Assembly (NCBI GenBank): GCA_965235115.1
Contig: OZ249436.1
Location: 42,658,001-42,722,000, forward strand
Direction: 5' to 3'
DNA from: Laetmonice hystrix
Lineage: Eukaryota
Length of the DNA stretch: 64,000 nucleotides
Position numbers and translations under genes: made by a program. Of the stretch, positions 12,901-24,847 are shown one piece after another (position 1 is the first letter of the stretch; each line of letters opens with the position of its first letter). The notes beneath the pieces are model-generated. The model was not told the origin of the DNA and did not search any database. It saw only the letters and a list, made by a program, of their open reading frames with translations.

Positions 12901-15900
12901 CTAATTCAGGTTTTGGATGTGGATTCCAACATTTGGTGATATCTGACATATTGTATTGCGGTAGACAAGAGCTTTAAATGTTGCTTTTTAAAAGGTCAAT
13001 TAACAGTTGATAATGACTGCTTTTATTGATGAAGTCATGTATAAATCTTTGAAAAAAAGTGGAAGCCTTTAGTGCATAATGCATCTATATTCCGCTAGAT
13101 GGTGCTTGAGTCCCGCCACCTATTGGTGGCCCTTTTAAGCAGGACTTACCAGGACATCGTTGGGCTTAGTTTCAGGCATAAAGATTGAATAGACTGCGGT
13201 TTACACTAATAACGAACGTCTTATCAGATCACTCTAGAATTCAAAAAAGGGGGAGGGGAGACTTTAATTTAGAATAACACGTGCCTTCATTTCAAAGAGC
13301 TTAGTATGAACAATGAAGAGGACCAGCGACATTAAAAGTTACACAGCGCAACAGAGCACTATAACCTGACGCACACTTTCAAATCCAATTCATCTCAGCC
13401 GAGATTTTAAGTTGTGGTGTTTGTGTTTGTGTGTGTTTTTTAGTCTTTTATATATCTGTTGATACTAGTATGACCCCCTTCTTACTACTACCACTACACG
13501 GAATCAAGTTGTCATCCTGTTGATAATTATAATGGGAGGCTACTGTATTGCTGGCTTATTATGTAATATTATTCAACTGAAGACGTCCGTTTCTATAATC
13601 CTTTATGGAAAACAGTCTTTAATGTGATTTTATCACAAAATTTGGAGAATTTGAAGGAAAATGTGAAATATTCAATTTTATTGAGCTGCAACAATAGATT
13701 TGGGGATTTTGTTGGGATTAAAAGCCACATACAGTAGTAACCTGTTTCCCGCCTGCCCCCGAGAGCTTCTTGCCTACCTGCACCTATTAACAAGTGCCTT
13801 CTTTTTAGCTGGCCACTTTGGAATCAGAGAATCTCTTCAAGGTAAGACTAAAATCTTGCGCATCAGAAAGTTATGTGGAATCAAATTACTTATTGGACCG
13901 TAAGATATTAGATGTGCCATGTATGGTATAATAAGGTGTGCTTAATCAGACGTCATTTTCAGGAAACATTAATTTGTACATTTTCCTATGAAATATTTTT
14001 ATGTAAGTAATTAAAACCCGAGTAGGTGGTAAAAATACCGTGTAAACACTTGTGTAAAAGAGCTGGGTAATCACAATTTGTTAGATGTATGTTTTTGTCA
14101 ATGTCAACCACATTGAATGAAATTAAATATCTTTTTATGCTATTAAAAAATCTGCTTTTCCACTTTACCACTCATTCAAGAGTACCCGTTAATGGATAAG
14201 TTGATGAGTTTCAAAGCTTTGATTCTCTTTCTGTCGTCAGAGATTAGAGATGGGACAGGCAGGTATGAAGAGAGAGAGGTCAAGTTTAGATGACCTCTTC
14301 CAAGCAGCGATGCGTGATCTTGAACCTGACCCCTCGCCACCAGTTTCCCCATCAAAAGGTCCCAACGAAAGTTTCAAAAACGTCACTATGCGAAAGGACA
14401 AGGGGAGGCGAAGAAGAAGCAAAAGACTGTCGGTTTTTAGTGGACATCTTTACGACCTAGAGGTAATGAAGAAGTCGAGAATTTTATTTTAAATCTAATA
14501 AATGTAGATGATAACAGTTAAACGGCGAGTTTTTCTCAGGCAGTAGAGACAATAATGAGTTTATGACTATATTCTGTTGAAATTCCAAGTATATCTGCAT
14601 GTAATGTTTCAGACAGCTCACCTGATCCATTATGAGAATTGTACAGTCGAGGTTCTGGCAAGAGGAGGGTTATTTCTAAGCCTTTTGTCTGTTACAGACT
14701 AGTGTTTTTACCCCCACCCATGGCACCGTGACTAGTGTACGTGTCACTAGTGTTGATACCGCCCAAAAGGTTATCAATCTCCTCCTGGACAAGTTCAAGG
14801 TTTGTTTCTCACAACACATCATAGACCCGCCCAAATTGGTGGGAGAAGTAGGTAACCAACTAGCCGATAGGTGGCGCCATCATTTTGACAGTTGGAGACG
14901 ATGAACATTATTATATGGATTCGCTGACCTAGTAAACAAGGCCTAGTAAACAAGTCTCCTAGTTCTCAAAACCTCCTGTCAATGTTTGCCGGAAATCTTC
15001 TCAGTCAAGTCAGCGTACTGGAAAGGACATAGCAGTTAACTCAGTGGCGCCATCTATGTCCCAGCATGTTGCTGACAGTCGCATCCCACCGTGTTAGAGT
15101 AACTAACCAGAGTGCCGGTATATTATTGCTTTACTGAATGGGTTTTAGCAGAGCATCTACTCAAAGAAATAGTGCATTCATGGTCTCTTCAATTTTGTTT
15201 TTCAGGTGGTTAATAATCCAGATGACTTTTGTTTGTGTACAGTGAAACAATCTGGAGGTGAGACAATGGCACCTTATATGTTTAAGTACCCAGTATGGTA
15301 ATATGAAAGTAAAGATGAGTTAAATGAACACACCGACAGTAAACATGCCATGCATTTTCAAGGGAATTCGGTACCATATGTTACTTTCAAATATAGAAAG
15401 TTGCTAATCCTTTTGGTGCAGTCATAATGAATGCTAAAAATTAAAGCTGTCTGGCCATTTAATAATTTTAAATTCATTCCTTGATTACAGGTTAAGGTAA
15501 TCTCAACATGTGAGGCCACTTTATTGATTTTACTCAAAAGGCATTAGACTTTTAATATACTCAGCCTTTTAAATCTTGAAACCTTATTGTAATTGGCGAT
15601 GTTTTTATGTGTACAGAGACACATGTGCTGAAGGATGATAGTTACCCGCTACTGGAGCGTGTTATAATGGGTCCTATAGAGAACGAAGCAAAGATCTTCA
15701 TCATGGAGCGGCATCGCACTCAGGAAATCTCCCTGGAGGCGAGTACCAGTCGACTGGTCATAATATGTTTATGCAACAGCATTATGTTTATGGGAGTAAG
15801 AGCAGGTGCCGGTAATAGGAAAAGCCATTACCCCAAGATTCTTGAGCCAGTCTTTTTTTAGGGTTATGTACCCTACATGTGGTATTTATATGCTTATATG

Positions 15901-16402
15901 TAAAGCACATGTGTATTGTGTGGTCTATAGGATTACCGTAGTTTACGTGTAATGTGTATTGAATTATTTATCTCAGTATTGTGCCAACAGGTAGCCCAGT
16001 TCGTCAATCTTCCTGAACCAGTCCTAGAAGGCTTTTTGAAGAAACTAGACAAAGACGAGGAAGAAGAAATAAAATATCTGCGACTTAGGTAGGATAGTGC
16101 ACAATTAATTAAATAACTGAAATTAGAATTTTGAGATATGAGATAAACAGTGCCCGAAATATTATAACAGTATGAACAGTATGAGTCCATTATCCTCAGT
16201 GAAATATTGATTTGTAAATGACGTCATTGCTCACGCTATTAAAAATGGTCAACAATTACATAACTGGGGTTGTTACATAAAAACTAGATTGTGTTTTTGT
16301 ATCTCATATTTGACGTTTATTTCTCTCCCCACCAGGTACAAATTCTGTAGGGAGGAGATCGAGAGGCTGTTGACAATGCCATCAGATTCCAATGGTCTGT
16401 AG
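3886..16402 (+). CDS. RASSF: LIM domain + Ras-association (RA) + SARAH domain protein, RASSF2/4/6-like (dRASSF architecture), about 406 aa, 12 exons
   Basis: Exons with consistent phases: 3886-3925, 5082-5176, 8516-8670, 11988-12063, 12287-12445, 13809-13841 (optional), 14241-14462, 14698-14799, 15206-15257, 15617-15738, 15991-16088, 16336-16402. LIM: CHKC..WHRQCLRCEEC..YCDVPC. RASSF2/4 motifs: VEGVLRVYWG, FSGHLYDLETSVFTPTHGTVTSVRV, YPLLERVIMGP..AKIFIME. SARAH-like: VAQFVNLPEPVLEGFLKKLDKDEEEEI. Confidence 0.93.
6869..6919 (+). repeat. (CAG)17 microsatellite in RASSF intron 2
   Basis: Read directly; not flanked by usable in-frame splice sites. Confidence 0.95.
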
Positions 16403-19400
16403 AATACCACAATGATACAGAGAAGAGATGGATGAAGCGGTTGCTCCGAGAAGTTCCGACGCCAGAGCTTTGTGTTGTCAGTGTGATCACCATGGCTGTC
16501 TGCAAACTGTTACGTGTCGTTGTATACATATCACTATGTACGGTTAAAAAATGCAAGCACATGACTTAGAATTGTCCAAGGAATGGATGGTGCAGTATCT
16601 ATTTACTAAATGTATATGTCGTCGCCAATACCGGTAAGCTGACAAATTGTAAAAATACTTTAATCGAGTGAAGCAATGCTGTCCTTGTCTAAGGACTAAA
16701 TACATACAGGTCTAGAATGTTTATGGGTTTTTTCTTATAAATCTACTGAAGGCCTCAATGATGCAATATGTATCTACCGGTATGCCTGAAGCACCGGGAA
16801 GGATTGTAACTAAATATCGGAAAAATGCCATCATATCGTATAAAGTAGAAGCTACTGTTTCTTGCAGGCACTCCAATATTTATAATACATGAATCTACAC
16901 CTTTAGAAGGAGAAGTTGTCAGAACAATCACTGAAAAGACTGTCAGTAATATATCGTGCATTATAACATAGTGAGTGTTACTGAGATACAGCTTAATGAC
17001 AAGTATATCCGCACTGGTGCTTATTGGTGAACTGTTGTTTCCGTGTATGATATAATGATACGTATTACATAGCGTATAAATAATATCGCACTTGTCGAGC
17101 ACAAATGATTTAAATAAGACTGGTTTACTAGGCATACATTCTACCCCCTAGTTTAATTCCCAGGAAATGTATTTAGCCGTCACACCATATTTTACAAAAG
17201 AAATAAAACACCGACAAGGAATGGTTTCTGAACATGATAATGAATTAATAATGTCAGTTGAACTGAATAGGGCAATATTATTTGTACATAACATTGACTG
17301 ATATAGTGCAGCAGCTTGTTTGTTGGCAAACGTTATGAGACAGTGGTTGTATGATAATAATATGGATTATGTTGGTACGAATTTACAAAACACTGCTTAC
17401 GTACAGGAGTGTCTAAAGCTGGTTTTTATGTGTACATATCGAGGTGTGGTTTGACTACTGGTAAAAAGAAAACATAATCGCGGAATATTGTTCATATTGA
17501 ACATATGTACGTGAAGTTCCGTTTCCTTTAAAAGTTCTTTAAGAACCTTGATTTTATAATTAATTCAGAAATACCTAGCAGCGAGGCGAATGCATTCATA
17601 ATAACTAAAATATTCTGATCAGAAAGGAGAAATATGGATTGGTAGTTTTCTTTTGTTTCAGGATGCGGTGCTTGCTCAAACTGTGTCTAAATCCTCGGGT
17701 GATTGGCACCACATCGATTATAAAGTCAGTCACAGTGGATTAGATGACATACAGTGGCCAGCATAACAGTCATATGAAAATATTTAAAGTTATGAGATGC
17801 CACTTTTTTCCTTTTGTTCTTTTTCTTTCTTTCTCCTTCTGTTTTATTGTCATGGAATGGAAAGGGACAATACATATACACGTACTTCGATTTTAAAATA
17901 GATGTCCCGTAAACAGACATAAATGGTCCAGGTACATTTTAAAATACAATATACACTAAGATGTACAAGTCGACGCTATTTTAGTTCTGGAAGGGTCCCA
18001 ATTATACTGTCTGTGCCAGGTCGTTTGAAGGATTTTGTATATATTTTACACTAGTGACATATATATTAAAGGCACAGTGTCTCATGTATAGGAATTAGTT
18101 CAGCACAAAGACGACCACAGTACGCACAGGTCGGCATTCAGCGGTCTGTTTGTAAAACCTGCAGGTGACGATTTACCGGTATGTACATTCAAATATAACA
18201 TATAGAATCAAGTAATATTTCACAAGCAATGTGTCAAATGCCAGGCAAGTGATAAGTCAAATAGATAGTTTCTTTTCAATGCTTGTTGCTCATAATGAAT
18301 TTATGCTTCCAGACTGCAAACATTCCAACTAAACCTGCCGTCAATTTCTAGACGAACGCCTGTACATGGAGGCAGCTTGAGATGAAGTATTAGTTAATAA
18401 AACTGCCTCCAGAGGGCAGCGCGGCGAAGCCAATTACGGCAAGACCCTTCTTTAAACTCTCGACCCGGACATCCTTGGCGGGGAAAGAGGACACATTGAG
18501 TAGATATTAGAAAACGAAATTAGGATTTTAGGATTGCACAGAGAACATCGTCATATCAAACTGAAAAATACTTGAGAACACTGAATTTATAAACTACGGA
18601 CGTATTTTGGATAGATGTCAGAAACAATAGTCGATAACTGGAGTGAAAAAATATGTATACAGTACAAAGTGTTCAGAGGTGACTGGTTTGTATGATTTAG
18701 ATGTATTTAATGTACAGGTTGCAGACAGTGTTATTTCAGAAAGGTAAACATTTATTTGTTTGGATTTGGACGCCTCCATATGTACTTGATTATACGCCTA
18801 CTCCTTAGTCCGCTCTCAGTGTCCGCGTCATTTAATCACGTTTCTAATTTCTCAAAAAAATTAATACTTATTAGCTTTGTGGAGTGACTAGTGATAATTT
18901 TGACAAGAAATAAAAAATAGGGTACTACAGTATTAGATAATTTGCTAAACTTTAGGAATGATAGACTTGGTTAAAGGCGCCTTATCTCAATAACCTTCAG
19001 TCGCTTAAGTTGAAAGTGGGATGGAAAATAGTTTGTAGAGGCATTCAATAAAATACCCATATTGCATAATGTTCTTCAAAGACATTATTGGATTATTAGA
19101 TTAGATTGCCTGGACTATATTGTTATAAGCAGGGATGTAATGAAATTATTGTAATCATTTGCAGTGTATGAAGCGATGTTACAATCATTGTGCTGCAGTC
19201 GTCAGCCAAAGAGTACATTAATGTGGCTTAACTTGAGTCCTTAAGCCATACATAGTCAAATAATGCACGCTACAGTAATATAATACTAATATTATGCAGA
19301 ATTGACACTGCATTTTGGCATGGACAGCTAGGAATCAGTTTGGCATTCCACTCCATCAGCTGTTGAGGAGATGGAGGAGCCGTGTTATGTGGTTGTGTTC

Positions 19401-22400
19401 ATTTCTAGCTTTGATGATTGCATGGTGACTCCATGGGTCTTAGATACAGAGCATGTTAATAATACTGGAGGGATGAGGAGTGGGTGTGATGTATAGACAC
19501 TCTCAGTGGTCGCATGGCGTGTAGTGGTTGTACCTATGTGACGCCCATTACTGGTAACTGGAGATACCAGTCGTTATGTTCCAGTGCTCGTCCATTGTTT
19601 TCCCATCTAGACTGTTCTGTTTGTGTATAGTGGTTATCTCGAGGATTATGTGAAGTCGTAGTGTTTTTATCTGTCAGTTTTTAGTTATAGTCTGGGTCTG
19701 GGTCACTTAGACGGTGATTCCACCAAGGATGAGATATTTTAAAAGGGTGCGCCCAGAACTTTCTTTCATTAGGTCAATAGCTATTATGTGGGCGTCGAAG
19801 TAGGTGTGATATAATGTGATTGCCCGCTAGCATAATGGTTATATGTTTTCCCTGTAAATCGGTTACGTGTCCTAGGCCTGTTGTTACTGTCATTACGTGG
19901 CGGTTCGCACGGGTCATGGAAATTGTTGAACTTTCGGAAATTTCAGATTGAAAAAAATAGAATAACATCATGATCATGGAAAGGCCATTGAAGTATTAGT
20001 GTTTATTTCTCGCAAAACGCTACCTATAGGCGTTCCCATCACGTGGTGTAAAATTCCAGATCACTATCGAAACGTTACTATCGCTATCGACGTGATTGTC
20101 TAGATAACGTTAATGACCTTCAATCTTGTCAGCCAGGAGTACTCAAGTCCTTGGCAAGGTTCCGCAATTTAGTCATGACTCGGGAATACGAACCCAGCAT
20201 GTCGTACACCTGTGGGTCAGCCTGCAAATCTGCAAAACCGCGGTGGTCACAGCGTGTGACAAGTGGAAACAGCCACTATTTTATACCTCATGAAGATACT
20301 AAATGACCTGGCGACCCATTTTCTCTTAACGTACGGATAGCCAGTTTAAGGATTAAATATAATTTTTTTTAAATGCATTGATGTTTGTATGACATCATAA
20401 GTTGGTCTAGAAGGAAGAAATCATTGCTACTATCTGCCTCTTGTTGCTGTCTACTAATGTCTACAGCTTCGTCATGCTAGTAATTGTCTGGAATGTAAGA
20501 CGATTGGTTTATTTATATCGTTTCAATTTTTAACAGACTTACACACATCAGTATTGTCAGGACAGTGTTTAGTAGGTTCGAGGTTTAAAAGGATTCGTTT
20601 TGGATGGAACGCTGTCTCGCTCAAGGCCTCTAGTGTTATTATGTCCGTGTGAATAAAAACTGTCAAGGCCTCATCATTTTATTTGATAGTGATTGTTTTC
20701 ACGTTTATCATCTTTACGTACAATCTACATTGTCTATAGGCCCTACACATGGCCATTGTGAAAAAAAGTCGCTTGGTTAGCTTCCCAATCCAAGTATCAA
20801 TCTTTTTATTTATTTTTCTTTTAATTTATTTATTGACTCAAATAAGCACTTCGAAATGAACTGGCCTAGGCCCCTCCAGCCCCCAGTTGCAAAATCATTG
20901 ATCCGTCCCTGTATTTATCTAAGCGTTGATATGATATAAGGGGTCCATCGTCCCGTATTGGTCTGAGCCAATGTCACCTGGAGCTTTCACACTCTTCACG
21001 TCTCAGTGGCTGCTGGGCCTTTACAAGTTACATCACATGTCATTAAAAGTGCTGCCCGCATAGACCCTTGCTATATAGGCGTACCTGCAAATCTATTATG
21101 TCAACTAAAAGGGTAGACCTACTGATGGCATCAGAAAGAGAAACCAGGAAAATATTCAGCCATGTATAAGAACCGAAAAATATCGAAGAGGGCAACAGTT
21201 TGGATGTTAAGCCTACCAGAGGGAGAGTCTGAAATCAATAGGGAAAGCCCTGGCGCCAGGGAGTGCAGTGCCGCTCCGGCCACACAGGGCTGGCTGAGCC
21301 ATTGCAGCTTAATGTCAGTCACGTGATCTCATGTGCGTTCGTGTCTGAAGTCGGGGAAGTTTATTTGCATATGTAGGTGGCGAGCACCTAGTGTTGGAAA
21401 GGATTTAGGCCTACACACGTCGCCCAGCGTTGGATGGCAATGATGAGGTAAGGACACCATCAGAAAACATATATTTATTGTCGGCGATGTCGGTCTGGTA
21501 GTTGTTAACGTGTATCAAATGTGTTCTGCAGCCGAATACACACCTGATGGTTCGGCCATCAGAGGAATCCACATCCTTGTGCAGTTGTGGGCCTAGGCTC
21601 GGCTTGTATACTGCATCCACTGACATACTCCACATTTTTAACGTTGTGTGCTCAGTGTGTTACCAAAAGCCCATCCAGGTTAGGAAGAGAAAACATCCGC
21701 AGTAGGCCTATGGTAAAGATGGGGAAAAGACAGAGAAATGCTATTGTCATTGGAGAAATACTGTCATAATAAATGACCGGCTGCAAGGCCTGGGAGTCGT
21801 TAACATATTATCTGACCGACCAGCATGCAGGCTTAGCGAAATATCTAGAAATAGGCGTAGGCAGGTAGAGGGAAAGCTGTCGTTGGGCGAGACCCGTTTT
21901 TTTTATTGCTTTTGCAGTTTTGGTTAAAATATAAATATTAATGTAAATTATGGCTGGTCACAAATTATTCTCCCCATCATTAACACAAGGCATGCATTAT
22001 ACATTTTCTAATTATGGTCCAGTTGGCAACGTCTTTCTCAACACGTAGTCTATGCCATAACATTATCAGTATCACCCAGGGCCAGGGTTCACTGGGTTGG
22101 CTATTAGGTGTATTGTGGAGCTCAGTGTGGGCATTTAAAAATGGTAGCGCACTTAGCACTCCATGCTTACACTAGCTATGCAAGGGGCCAACAAGCGATA
22201 TCCCACTATCGCATAACATAACCCAGCCACTGCGTGTCTACCCTGGGAAAACCAGGGGCTCAGTGTGGCTAGTATATGGGTCATTCTTCAGTAAATGTCC
22301 TAATCCATGTCACACAATTTTATTCCCGCCCCGCATTGTTGAACTGCACTGCCTGTGTAAGATTTTTTGTTTAGGGGGAGGTATTGATTCATTTTATGTT

Positions 22401-24158
22401 GTATACATGAAAAAAGTCTGATTTGATGATGATTCTGGGGGGAAATATGATTGAAGGGAGCAGGATATAGGCCAATTTGGTAGGTCACAAAACCAAGTTC
22501 CTGTCTTCAACTGCCACTATGAGCACCGATAACCACCCATTTGGGGGTTTTTAGTGTCTTAATTATTAAATATGTCATGAAACGTCGGAGGAGATCAATT
22601 ATGCTGCCGCTTAGGTCGTTAGTTTTCGCTTTGTAGCAAGTTTTTCCCCTGTCACAACTTTCACGTCAAGACCGTCACACATTGTGTTACCCCCTGCCAT
22701 CTAGCGGGAAAGTACAGAACTAACTTGGTTCTCGCATGACGTGGCCAGATGTGGAGTCCCCGCCATATTTGAAAGGTTGGTTTATAGATTTCCTGTCATT
22801 AATTGACGTTTTATCAATTTTTCCATGCTGTAATGAAGCGTATGTTTATTAAATGTCAGGACCATCACGCAGAGAATATTATGATACAGAAAATTGTTTG
22901 ATAAAATCATACGTAACATAGGATTAGTCCCTAATCACCAACAGTTTGCAAAATGAACCGTCATCACATGAGTCTTAGTCTGGCCGCTAGGGGCGTGATA
23001 GTAGTTTTTCTGTCAAGACCGTCACGTCAGGACCATCACATATTTCTCGTGACGGTCCTGACTGGATTAATCTAAATGAATCAGTCTCACGGGTGTCAGG
23101 CCGTGCCATGGCATAGGCATAGGCTGGCCCGCCTGGGTGATTTTCTACAGTTCGATCTAGATCTATCATTACTTTATGTGCTCACTCAGTAATTAGACCA
23201 TATAACGTTAGACGTCTACACCGTAACGCGGTACACGTCTATGATTAGACGAACTACGCACCATCACATTCACAATGAATGACAATGTCACTCTGCACAG
23301 GAAAGTGGGTCAATTTAGTTCTATAAATATGCCCAATATTTATGTCAGTTTTATGTCAGGGTGGTTTTCACTGAAGTTTTGGGGTTGTCAGGACTTTTTA
23401 TCACATTGTTGATCAGTGCAGGTGTCCGGATAAGACCGGAGTGGCACATGGACACACGGGCTGGCATTCGGAAAACCTCGGCCCAACTTCCGGTCGCTTC
23501 GCTAGTTGTGGACCGGACAGTCCCGAGGTGTGCCGAATGACGGGCTGGGTCACCCGACTGTCTTGTTTGGCTCAGAGCCGCTGGTGGGGGTGGGGGGGGG
23601 GGGGAGCCGACAGCCCGTTTGGTCAGTCTAACACATGGAAGCTCTATAAATGGAAACGTAATGTGTGCTTTTTGGACGAGTAAAACTAAGCCGACTGGAT
23701 TCAAAATGATGCTGGAGAGAGGCGGCCAGAGCCAGAGACTGAGAGTGAGAGGGGCAGAGGTTGACCGGCAAGCAACAGCCTGAACAGGGGCATGGACTGA
23801 TGCCGGAGTCTATCCAGTAAATTTGCTGTAAGGTGGGAGGGGGGGGGGGGGGCTCAATACCGAGGGCTAGGCCCTATATAACAGCTAGGGGGCCTTGTCG
23901 GATCATGATTGCTTGCTGTTCTAGCCTGACTTTTTTGAAGGGGGGGGGGGGGGTAAGCCTCTTGGATCAGCGCATGAACAAATATTATGGACATCGACCC
24001 CCCCCCCCCCCGGGTAAGGATTTTAGGAAATTTTACATCCGGCCACTTTCATCCCTGTAAATGTAAAATATTGAAAATAGGTCTACTCTATGACAAATTT
24101 TATGATATTTTATTTTATTTTTTATTTTAGTAATTTGACCTACTTGTATTTCAAGATC

Positions 24159-24760
24159 CAGTGGTGGCGCAGGGGGGGGCTTGGGGGCTTAAGCCCCCTT
24201 AAAATTCTCCCCTAGCCCCCTCAACCCCCCCCCCAAACATTGGCCAACGTTAAGCCAACGTAATGGTCTTTGAGGTGGGCAAAATGTTGAGAAGATGACT
24301 TCATGCGCTAGCCTCCCCTTAAATTTTATAGCACTCCTTAGACCTCCCAAAGCCCCCTAGATCCGCCACTAGATTTAGGGGGCGGGGGCGCCCCCCTTTA
24401 GAGCGATCATGACGCCCCCACCCCTTCGTTTATAAATGACGCCCAGGGGTGCGTTGCATAAAAAATCCCCGCCCGTTAAATCCGCCGCTAATGGTCAGTT
24501 AACGGGATGTTGCGTTGCATAATAAATTCCCACCTGCTACAGTTCCCGTTAACTGTTGTTTTTTAACGGGCACCTAAAAGGTGCCCGCTATTTTAACGGG
24601 GCATTTTAACGGAGCGGGCGGGGAATTTTTTATGCAACGGGCCCCAGGGTTGTAAATTTGAAGGGATAATGGCTGAGGCGAACGCCCCCTCCAAGAACCC
24701 CCCCCCCCCCCACTCCAGGACCACCACCCCCTCCTTCTGGAGATCCTAGATCCGCCACTG
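24159..24760. mobile_element. Composite of hAT-like CAGTGG..GATCCGCCACTG MITEs nested in the transposon 5' region
   Basis: Left end CAGTGGTGGCGC at 24159; right ends GATCCGCCACTA (about 24371) and GATCCGCCACTG (24760); G/C runs. No clear TSD. Confidence 0.6.
24447..24644. mobile_element. PIF/Harbinger-like MITE
   Basis: TIR GGGTGCGTTGCATAAAAAAT / ATTTTTTATGCAACGGGCCC, 3-bp TSD CAG/CAG, internal CCCGTTAA repeats. Confidence 0.8.
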
Positions 24761-24847
24761 GTAATCTGTGGTTCAAAACTTAAAACTTTAAATAAATAAA
24801 TAATAAATAAAATAATAAATAAAAAATTAATTAATTTATCTTTCTGC

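Noticed and set aside
18067..18980. Kolobok-like element starting TTAAAGG
   Set aside because: No matching inverted right end was found.
21502..21705. Cys-rich ORF as the missing TET CXXC domain
   Set aside because: The Cys spacing does not fit the two CGxCxxC clusters of CXXC.
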